A stretch of 32,573 nt of DNA from NCBI GenBank assembly GCA_007117675.1, contig SKGB01000052.1:1-32573 (forward strand), in the 5' to 3' direction. The translations under genes and the position numbers were made by a program. Positions 26,332-32,573 of this stretch are shown here, one piece after another; position 1 is the first letter of the stretch, and each line of letters begins with the position of its first letter. The notes under the pieces are model-generated. The model worked only from the letters and a program-made list of their open reading frames with translations, did not search any database and was not told where the DNA came from. Origin of the DNA: Candidatus Nomurabacteria bacterium (lineage in GTDB: Bacteria; Patescibacteriota; Minisyncoccia; Phycocordibacterales; CSBR16-119).

Positions 26332-27057
26332 ATGTCAGGTATTGAAATAATATTTTTTATTACGGTAGTTTTTATAGCTGCTGCATCACCTCAAATTATT
26401 GGATTTGGGGTTTCTACTATCAGTATGGTTGCCTTGAGTTTTTTGTTTCCTCTACCTGTTTTACTCCCTTTGGTTTCTCTTATTTCTGTGGTTTCAACAG
26501 GTGTGGTCTTTTTAAAGATACGAAACTTTTCTTTTTTGCGGAAAGTTTTATTTTTGTTGATTGGTTCTGCTGTCGGTGTGTTTATAGGGATGCTATTTTT
26601 AAATGTTGTATCAGAAAAAATACTAGAGTTATTTTTTGGTCTATTTCTTGTTACATATTCAATTTTTGGTTTATTTTTTTCAAATATTCGTTACAAGGTG
26701 TATAAACTAGTATCTGTAACAGTTGGTTTTATTGCTGGTTTTTTTGCTTCTTCATTCAACATTCAAGGTCCCTTTGTTGCCGCCTATATTTCTTCTGACT
26801 CGCATTTTTCAAAAAGTAGTATGAGAAATTCAATAGTCGCTTATATGTTTTTTACGGGGATATTTACCATACTTGGTCATGTATTTTTTGGAAGGGTGAC
26901 TGAGTTTGTTTTAACATATGCTTTTATCGCATTACCTTTTGTGTTACTTGGTTCATATTTTGGTTATAGAATATTCAAAATTATCTCACCTCACATTTTA
27001 AAAAAAATAATATATGTATTTATACTGTTTTCAGGAATAGTACTTTTGTTTTCTTGA
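26332..27057 (+). CDS. TauE/SafE-family anion exporter (sulfite-exporter-like) membrane protein
   Basis: 241 aa and about 7-8 TM helices, with the size and glycine-rich helix pattern typical of TauE/SafE. Assigned by resemblance only. Confidence 0.65.
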   Translation: MSGIEIIFFITVVFIAAASPQIIGFGVSTISMVALSFLFPLPVLLPLVSLISVVSTGVVFLKIRNFSFLRKVLFLLIGSAVGVFIGMLFLNVVSEKILELFFGLFLVTYSIFGLFFSNIRYKVYKLVSVTVGFIAGFFASSFNIQGPFVAAYISSDSHFSKSSMRNSIVAYMFFTGIFTILGHVFFGRVTEFVLTYAFIALPFVLLGSYFGYRIFKIISPHILKKIIYVFILFSGIVLLFS

Positions 27058-27095
27058 TTTTTATTTGCTATACTTACAACCCTTATTAGATATAC

Positions 27096-27734
27096 ATGAT
27101 ACACAACAACAATATGAATACATTTCTTTCAGGTTTAGATTGGAGGTTTGCTACAAAAAAGTTTGATTCAGAAAAAAAAGTTTCTGATGAGCACTTGGCA
27201 AAAATTTTACAAGCAATTCAACAAGTTCCAACATCATATGGACTTCAGACTTTTCATGTGGATGTTGTTTCAAATGATGACTTTCGTGCAAAGATGAAAG
27301 ATGTTTCGTATGGTCAATCTCAAGTAACAGAGGCTTCACATATACTCATTTTTTCTGCACGTAACGATGTTTCAGAACGTATTACTCACATGCTTGACGA
27401 GATGTCTGGTGGTGACACATCGGGGAGAGATTCTTTTGCTGAGTATGAACAAATGATGAGAGGGAGTATCGAAGGAAAAACCTCTGAGGATCTTATGAAT
27501 TGGGCTTCTCGACAAGCCTACTTGGCACTTGGTTTTGGTTTAGCTGCCTGCGCTGAACTTCGCATAGATTCGTGCCCTATGGAAGGGTTTGACAACAAAG
27601 CTGTGCACGAGCTTTTGGGTTCACCAGAAAACTCTTTTCCTTTCGCATACCTTTCAATTGGGTACAGGAAAGAAGGTCCTGCTCATCCAAAGTTTCGTTT
27701 TTCACAAGATGATTTGTTCACCTTTCGTGGGTAA
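27096..27734 (+). CDS. Nitroreductase-family NAD(P)H-dependent oxidoreductase
   Basis: 212 aa with RFATKKFD, PTSYGLQTFHV, SHILIFSA, YLALGFGLAACAELRIDSCPMEGFD and SIGYR. An alternative start is the ATG at 27114. TGcTATACT lies at 27067-27075. Confidence 0.85.
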   Translation: MIHNNNMNTFLSGLDWRFATKKFDSEKKVSDEHLAKILQAIQQVPTSYGLQTFHVDVVSNDDFRAKMKDVSYGQSQVTEASHILIFSARNDVSERITHMLDEMSGGDTSGRDSFAEYEQMMRGSIEGKTSEDLMNWASRQAYLALGFGLAACAELRIDSCPMEGFDNKAVHELLGSPENSFPFAYLSIGYRKEGPAHPKFRFSQDDLFTFRG

Positions 27735-27746
27735 AAATTACCACTT

Positions 27747-27780
27747 AAAACAAAACCCCTCTCCTGAGGGGTTTTGTTTT
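27747..27780. terminator. Bidirectional intrinsic terminator between the nitroreductase gene (+) and tRNA-Ser (-)
   Basis: AAAACCCCT ctcctg AGGGGTTTT flanked by A and T tracts. Confidence 0.8.
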
Positions 27781-27869
27781 GGCGGAGAGTGAGGGATTCG
27801 AACCCTCGATATGATTTCTCATATACTCGCGTTCCAGGCGAGCCCGTTCAACCACTCTGGCAACTCTCC
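27780..27869 (-). tRNA. tRNA-Ser (anticodon GGA), CCA encoded
   Basis: The reverse complement is GGAGAGTTGCCAGAGTGGTTGAACGGGCTCGCCTGGAACGCGAGTATATGAGAAATCATATCGAGGGTTCGAATCCCTCACTCTCCGCCA. It has a 7-bp acceptor stem, anticodon stem CTCGC/GCGAG with loop CTGGAAC, a long variable arm, and T arm GAGGG-TTCGAAT-CCCTC. Confidence 0.95.
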
Positions 27870-27920
27870 AATATTTTTTGTATACTTGTATTTGTTATAT
27901 AGACTATCACAAAATATACT

Positions 27921-28352
27921 ATGAAGAAAATGATCCAAGAATTTAAAAAGTTTGCAGTTCGGGGAAATGTTATAGATCTTGCGGTTGGTATCATAATCGG
28001 TGGTGCTTTTGGAAAAATCACAAGCTCACTTGTAAATGATGTCATTATGCCACCTATTGGTGTCCTTATAGGAGGTGTTGATTTTAGCGAGCTTTCAGTA
28101 ACTCTTAAGCCAGAATACATAAATGAGGTGGGGGATGTTATTTCCGCTGTCTCTCTTCGCTATGGCCTTTTCATTAACACCATTATCGATTTCGTCATCA
28201 TTGCCTTTGCAGTATTTATGATGGTGAGGGTTATCAATAGACTTCAAAAAGAAAAAGAAGAACCTAAAAAAGAGGAGAAACCAAAAGGACCTACAGAAAT
28301 TGAGTTACTTACAGAAATCCGAGATACTTTGAAAAAAAACAATAAGGCATAA
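27921..28352 (+). CDS. mscL: Large-conductance mechanosensitive channel
   Basis: 143 aa. [41 protein letters not shown] is the canonical MscL N-terminus and TM1. Confidence 0.93.
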   Translation: MKKMIQEFKKFAVRGNVIDLAVGIIIGGAFGKITSSLVNDVIMPPIGVLIGGVDFSELSVTLKPEYINEVGDVISAVSLRYGLFINTIIDFVIIAFAVFMMVRVINRLQKEKEEPKKEEKPKGPTEIELLTEIRDTLKKNNKA

Positions 28353-28374
28353 AAGACGCGAAAGCGTCTTTTAT
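28349..28374 (+). terminator. Intrinsic terminator after mscL (GAAA tetraloop)
   Basis: ATAAAAGACGC gaaa GCGTCTTTTAT. Confidence 0.8.
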
Positions 28375-28382
28375 GCTATAAT
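28374..28382 (+). promoter_or_regulatory. Extended -10 promoter TGCTATAAT upstream of the SOD gene
   Basis: TGcTATAAT abuts the terminator, about 36 nt upstream of the ATG at 28419. Confidence 0.5.
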
Positions 28383-28418
28383 TCGCGTATATTTAATAAT
28401 TTAAACTACAAAAACACC

Positions 28419-29015
28419 ATGTTTGAACTACCAAATCTTCCTTATGAATACAACGCTCTTGAACCTTTTATCGACGCAAAGACCATGGAAATACATCACT
28501 CGAAGCATCATGCAGGATATACCAACAATTTAAACAAGACGCTTGAGGGTGTGGACACCAACAACGCTTCCATCGAAGAAATCTTGTCTGAGCTCGACAT
28601 GAACAATAAAGCGCTTCGAAACAACGCAGGCGGGTACTACAATCACAAACTATTTTGGGAAATTATGGGCCCTGATGCAGGTGGGCAACCAACGGGAGTC
28701 GTGTTAGAGAAAATAGAAGAAAGTTTTGGTTCATTTGAAAGTTTTAAAGAAGAATTTACAAAATCTGCAACCGGTCAGTTTGGTTCTGGCTGGGCTTGGC
28801 TTTGCAAAAAAGAAGATGGAGGTCTTTGCGTAGTCTCAACTCCCAATCAAGACAATCCGCTCATGCCAGGCATCGAAGGAGGAACACCTATTTTAGGTCT
28901 TGATATTTGGGAACATGCATACTATCTCAATTATCAAAACCGTCGACCAGACTATATCGAAGCATTTTTTAATATTATAAATTGGTCAAAGGTTGAAGAA
29001 CTGTACAACAACTAA
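28419..29015 (+). CDS. sodA: Superoxide dismutase, Fe/Mn family (Mn-type residues)
   Basis: 198 aa with [22 protein letters not shown] and [22 protein letters not shown] and TPNQDNPL resemble the MnSOD pattern rather than the FeSOD pattern. Confidence 0.9.
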   Translation: MFELPNLPYEYNALEPFIDAKTMEIHHSKHHAGYTNNLNKTLEGVDTNNASIEEILSELDMNNKALRNNAGGYYNHKLFWEIMGPDAGGQPTGVVLEKIEESFGSFESFKEEFTKSATGQFGSGWAWLCKKEDGGLCVVSTPNQDNPLMPGIEGGTPILGLDIWEHAYYLNYQNRRPDYIEAFFNIINWSKVEELYNN

Positions 29016-29113
29016 TCGTACTTCTCTTAAGGTTTTGGTGAAAAAAGAAGAGGGGGGGGTATACAAAACAAAAAAACAGTAATTACTAAAAATAATTGAT
29101 AATTTCTAACGGG

Positions 29114-31096
29114 ATGAAAATTAAACCACGAACACAAAAAGATTTTGAATGGGTGAACTGGACACCTAAGAAAATAGAAGAACACGCAAACAAGTCGATA
29201 GAAAAATTACGAAAAGATATTGAAGATGTTATTGCAATTCCAAAAGAAAATAGAACATTTGAAAATACCATATATGCAATATCTCAAGCTGGTAAACTCA
29301 CGCACGACGACAATCCTGTGTTTTTTTTGGAGTATGTAAGTACCAAGGAAGACGTACGAAACATTGCCTGTTTATCTCGTCAGAAGGTTGGGAAAGAGTC
29401 TATTGAGGTTATGTATGACAAAAAAATTTATGATGCATGTATGGAGTATGACCCTCAGTCAGAAACCTTAAATGATGAAGAGATGCGTTTGTATAATGAC
29501 ATCAAGCGTGATTTTGACCGTGCTGGTTTTAATCTTCCTGAGAAAACCCGAAACACTTTAAAAAAAATAAAGCAAAATCTAAACAAGTGGACATCTGAAT
29601 TTTCTGCAAATATTAACAATCATTACGATTATATTCTATGTGCAAAAGATGAGCTCGACGGCTTACCCGAGACTTATATTTCAAATCTTGGAAAAGACAA
29701 AGAGTCAGGAAAATATATAATTACTCTTGCGTATCCTGAATATGTTCCTTTTATGGAATACGCAACTAATCGAAAAAAACGTAAAGAAATTTCTGATAAG
29801 GCTTCTCAAAAAGGTGGTAGAAAAAATATTACATTGCTTAAAAAGATATTACCTGCACGACATCAAATGGCAAATATTCTTGGGTATAAGAATTATGCAG
29901 AATATGCAGAAGAACTAATGATGGCAAAACATCCAACACATGTAAGAGATTTTCTGACAAGCACTATCAAGGATTTAAGTCCCTTGGTTAAGAAAGAGTT
30001 TCAAGAATTAAAAACTTTTGCTGAAAAAGATTTAAACCTTAAAGATTTTGCATATTACGATAGTTCTTTTGCGTATACCAAGCTTCAAGAAAAGACATTT
30101 GGTTTTGATGAAAGAGAGGTTAAGAAATATTTTGAAATAAATACAGTTCTCGAGGGAATGTGTGATCATTTTGGAGGAATGTTTGGTGTTTCTTTCAAGA
30201 AAAACACAAGTATAAAAACTTGGAACAAGGATGTTATTTTGTTTGATGTTGTAGAAAAGGGTAAGGTTATGAGTCATGTTGGGTTTGACCTCTATCCTCG
30301 AAAAGGGAAGTATTCTCATATGGCTTGCTGGTACCTTATGGGTGGTGAATCCATAGACTTTCGCTCACAAGAACACAAGGCTCCTGTTAGTTTTGTCGTA
30401 GGCAACTTTCCTAAAGGAACAAAGAAAAACCCGTCACTTATATCTGCTGATGAAATGCAAACACTCTTTCATGAGTTTGGACATGCGATGCATGGATGTT
30501 TGTCTCACACGCAATTTTTTGATCAATGTGGGTTAAATGTTGTGTGGGATTTCGTGGAGGTTCCTTCGCAGTTGTTCGAAAATTGGGCTCGAGACAAAAA
30601 GTTTTTGAAAAAGGTTTCAAGTCACTACCAGACCGGAGAGTCTATTGAAAATAAACTACTCGATAGTGTGGTTGAGTCTTTTAATTTTAGAAAAACGAGT
30701 ATGTATTACGGCACTTTTGTGGCGTCGTTGCTCGACTTGGAAATGCATACTACAAAATCTGAAATCGACCCGCTCATTTTGGTTCAGCAACAAGATAAAA
30801 AATATAATTTTATGGAACGTTCTCCAAAGTCTTTGTTTCCTGCGAATTGGGGGCATATGAACGGGTATGCTGCAAAATACTACAGCTATATGTGGTCACT
30901 AGTATTTTCTTATGACATCTTTTCACGTTTTCAAGAAGAGGGGGTGTACAACAAAAAGCTTGGAAAAGAACTTCGTGCAAAGATTCTCGCTCCAGGAGGT
31001 ACAAAAGATGCTTTTGATCTTATGCAAGATTTTCTTGGGCGCGAACCAAACAACCAAGCTTTCCTTCAAGAACTCGGTGTTACAAAAAAAGTTTGA
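29114..31096 (+). CDS. M3-family zinc oligopeptidase (thimet/oligopeptidase A-like)
   Basis: About 660 aa. The zinc site is LFHEFGHAMHG with a downstream E in VEVPSQLFENW. The ORF-track start at 29096 is a TTG, so I prefer the ATG at 29114. Confidence 0.88.
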   Translation: MKIKPRTQKDFEWVNWTPKKIEEHANKSIEKLRKDIEDVIAIPKENRTFENTIYAISQAGKLTHDDNPVFFLEYVSTKEDVRNIACLSRQKVGKESIEVMYDKKIYDACMEYDPQSETLNDEEMRLYNDIKRDFDRAGFNLPEKTRNTLKKIKQNLNKWTSEFSANINNHYDYILCAKDELDGLPETYISNLGKDKESGKYIITLAYPEYVPFMEYATNRKKRKEISDKASQKGGRKNITLLKKILPARHQMANILGYKNYAEYAEELMMAKHPTHVRDFLTSTIKDLSPLVKKEFQELKTFAEKDLNLKDFAYYDSSFAYTKLQEKTFGFDEREVKKYFEINTVLEGMCDHFGGMFGVSFKKNTSIKTWNKDVILFDVVEKGKVMSHVGFDLYPRKGKYSHMACWYLMGGESIDFRSQEHKAPVSFVVGNFPKGTKKNPSLISADEMQTLFHEFGHAMHGCLSHTQFFDQCGLNVVWDFVEVPSQLFENWARDKKFLKKVSSHYQTGESIENKLLDSVVESFNFRKTSMYYGTFVASLLDLEMHTTKSEIDPLILVQQQDKKYNFMERSPKSLFPANWGHMNGYAAKYYSYMWSLVFSYDIFSRFQEEGVYNKKLGKELRAKILAPGGTKDAFDLMQDFLGREPNNQAFLQELGVTKKV

Positions 31097-31102
31097 TAGA
31101 AT
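31094..31102 (+). promoter_or_regulatory. Extended -10 element TGATAGAAT 6 nt upstream of the ATG at 31109 (leaderless)
   Basis: The TGA stop of the M3 peptidase supplies the TGn. TAGAAT at 31097-31102, then ataggt, then ATG. Confidence 0.4.
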
Positions 31103-31108
31103 ATAGGT

Positions 31109-31897
31109 ATGTCAATTTCACAAGAATTATTTAAAACAACTCCTGATGATGTCAAAGAAAAAGCAGTCGCGAAACTTATCGACCATTCTTTTCCTTCTAT
31201 TGATTTTTATCTCATGGTTTTACTCTCGGTTGCCATGGCAAGTTTTGGGTTAATTATAAACTCAACCGCTGTGATTATCGGTTCGATGCTTATCGCGCCC
31301 GTACTTCATCCGATACTTTCATTCGCTATGGGGTTTGTGGTGTTTAATGATTCTTTAACATACAAATCACTTGGAACTTTATTCAAATCAGTTCTTCTTT
31401 CTCTTGCAACAGCTTTTGTGGTTGGCGCCTTGTTTGCAACAAGGGCGGGTGTACAAGATACGTTTGAAATCATGTCACGGGTTACCATAGAGGCATCGCA
31501 TGTGTTTGTTGCTGTAATTGCCGGGTTTGCATCCGCCTTTGCTTTGGTAAAATCAAAACTCACAGAAACAATACCTGGGATTGCTATATCTGTTTCCTTG
31601 GTTCCGCCACTTGCTGTTGCGGGTATTGGGCTTTCTGTCTTTGATATGGCTATTTTCCGAGGAGCACTTTCTTTGTTTATTATTAATGTGATGGGTGTCA
31701 TTGTTGCGAGTTCTTTGGTTTTTTCTCTTATGAATTTTTATTCTGTTCGTCAAGGTGCTGCGAAGGCTTTGATAACCGAAGAGCAAGAAGCTGCTGTTCG
31801 TAAGAGGGCAATGGAACAAGCGAAAGAAAAAGAAAAAACAGAAATTGATGTTACGGCAGTCGTGGAAAAAAAAGACAAAGAAAAAGATGAAAAATAA
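31109..31897 (+). CDS. DUF389-like (TIGR00341-type) hydrophobic membrane protein with charged C-terminal tail
   Basis: 262 aa and multiple TM helices. Motifs such as IGSMLIAPVLHPI and PGIAISVSLVPPLAVAGIGL resemble DUF389. The tail is Lys/Glu-rich. Confidence 0.65.
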   Translation: MSISQELFKTTPDDVKEKAVAKLIDHSFPSIDFYLMVLLSVAMASFGLIINSTAVIIGSMLIAPVLHPILSFAMGFVVFNDSLTYKSLGTLFKSVLLSLATAFVVGALFATRAGVQDTFEIMSRVTIEASHVFVAVIAGFASAFALVKSKLTETIPGIAISVSLVPPLAVAGIGLSVFDMAIFRGALSLFIINVMGVIVASSLVFSLMNFYSVRQGAAKALITEEQEAAVRKRAMEQAKEKEKTEIDVTAVVEKKDKEKDEK

Positions 31898-31929
31898 AAA
31901 AGACCGGTCAGTGTTGACCGGCCTTTTTA
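31896..31929. terminator. Bidirectional intrinsic terminator between convergent genes
   Basis: AAAAAAGA-CCGGTCA gtgt TGACCGG-CCTTTTT. Confidence 0.8.
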
Positions 31930-31949
31930 CCAAAAGATAAAGAAATAAC

Positions 31950-32099
31950 TCAATTTTCGTTATAGTCTTCTGGTAAAATGCCCCGTTTTTTCATGTTTTG
32001 AATTCTCTCAGACATGCGTTTCCAAGCATCTTCATGAGCTTGTCTCATTGAATCTGTTGAGACAATTCCAGTGGGGTTGGGTGGGGTTGTTTGAAACAT
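31950..32099 (-). CDS. Small hypothetical protein (49 aa if started at the Met at 32099; the ORF extends to 32165)
   Basis: Minus-strand ORF ending at the bidirectional terminator. The ATG at 32165 abuts the -10 box of a near-consensus promoter, so the internal Met (MFQTTPPNPTGIV...) is more plausible. No family recognised. Confidence 0.35.
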   Translation of the reverse strand: MFQTTPPNPTGIVSTDSMRQAHEDAWKRMSERIQNMKKRGILPEDYNEN

Positions 32100-32165
32100 G
32101 TAATAAACTGTTGGTTTGTGTAAAAAAGAACATTTTGAGTGTGAAAAAATATCACACAAGAACAT

Positions 32166-32193
32166 ATAATACCTGTATTCATAATAATGTCAA
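32166..32193 (-). promoter_or_regulatory. Minus-strand promoter TTGACA, 16-nt spacer, TATTAT
   Basis: The reverse complement reads CCTTGACATTATTATGAATACAGGTATTATATG. The -35 is at 32188-32193 and the -10 at 32166-32171. Confidence 0.55.
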
Positions 32194-32216
32194 GGTATTT
32201 GTGTTTGTATTTACGG

Positions 32217-32222
32217 TATAAT
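32217..32222 (+). promoter_or_regulatory. -10 box TATAAT 7 nt upstream of the ATG at 32230 (leaderless helicase gene)
   Basis: ACGGTATAAT, then attttgt, then ATG. It is divergent from the minus-strand promoter. Confidence 0.45.
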
Positions 32223-32229
32223 ATTTTGT

Positions 32230-32573
32230 ATGGAAAAGAGCTTTCAAGAACGATACAACATGCTAAATGCAGAGCAAAAAAAGGCTGTAGACACTATCGA
32301 CGGCCCTGTCATGATTGTCGCTGGTCCGGGTACTGGAAAGACTCAGATTCTAACTCTGCGTATTGCAAATATCCTTGATAAGACAGATACTGGCCCAGAA
32401 AATATTCTTGCCCTTACCTTCACTGAGTCTGGTGTAAATGCTATAAGAAAGCGTCTTGCTTCTATGATAGGGTCACTTGCATATCGGGTGAACATTTACA
32501 CCTTTCATTCCTTTGCAAACGACGTAATTCAAAACAATCCAGAAGACTTTCCTTCGATTATCGGCGCACGACC
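32230..32573 (+). CDS. UvrD/PcrA/Rep-family (SF1) DNA helicase, N-terminal fragment (continues beyond the window)
   Basis: My own translation reads MEKSFQERYNMLNAEQKKAVDTIDGPVMIVAGPGTGKTQILTLRIANIL...ENILALTFTESGVNAIRKRL...IYTFHSFAN. It has helicase motifs Q, I (Walker A), Ia and II-proximal. It is absent from the ORF track because it is open-ended. Confidence 0.88.
   Translation, partial: MEKSFQERYNMLNAEQKKAVDTIDGPVMIVAGPGTGKTQILTLRIANILDKTDTGPENILALTFTESGVNAIRKRLASMIGSLAYRVNIYTFHSFANDVIQNNPEDFPSIIGAR

Noticed and set aside
27848-28120. 90-aa minus-strand ORF.
   Set aside because: It overlaps the 5' end of tRNA-Ser and is antisense to the highly conserved mscL N-terminus.
32187-32378. 63-aa plus-strand ORF listed in the track.
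   Set aside because: It is out of frame with the clear UvrD-like helicase reading frame that starts at 32230 (Walker A AGPGTGKT). It is a shadow ORF.

Overview
AT-rich bacterial window with standard genetic code. TGA terminates several conserved genes at the expected length. The gene content and style suggest a small-genome, CPR/Patescibacteria-like organism, which is inference only since no database search was possible.

Gene order:
- 1-2461: the S10/spc ribosomal-protein run, with the rpsC 3' end followed by rplP, rpmC, rpsQ, rplN, rplX and rplE. It stops at a strong terminator.
- 2571-10063: a two-gene surface module. It holds a membrane-anchored hypothetical protein and a 2185-aa subtilisin-family (S8) protein with Cna-B/SdrD-like repeats, a DUF11-like segment and dockerin-like calcium loops.
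- 10278-11264: rplJ-rplL with their own promoter and a structured leader.
- 11409-12808: a small winged-helix-like protein and a TM-helix-repeat membrane protein.
- 12920-16786: a 23S-5S rRNA operon with its own consensus-like promoter, a long processing stem and no 16S gene. The 23S gene is interrupted in the peptidyl-transferase region by a 359-nt ORF-less group-I-like intron.
- 16842-17004: between two intrinsic terminators just downstream of 5S lie two tandem structured elements. Each carries a near-copy of 23S helix 69. This is the most unusual thing I found.
- 17065-32573: envelope, housekeeping and stress genes. These are a SEDS protein, folD, a PAP2 phosphatase, secD, secF, lemA, htpX, a minimal Kv-like channel, TauE, a nitroreductase, tRNA-Ser(GGA), mscL, Mn-type SOD, an M3 peptidase, a DUF389-like protein and the start of a UvrD-like helicase.

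Many genes have a -10 box (often TGnTATAAT) only 6-8 nt upstream of the ATG and no Shine-Dalgarno sequence, which suggests leaderless mRNAs. RNA boundaries and E. coli numbering come from hand alignment and are approximate.
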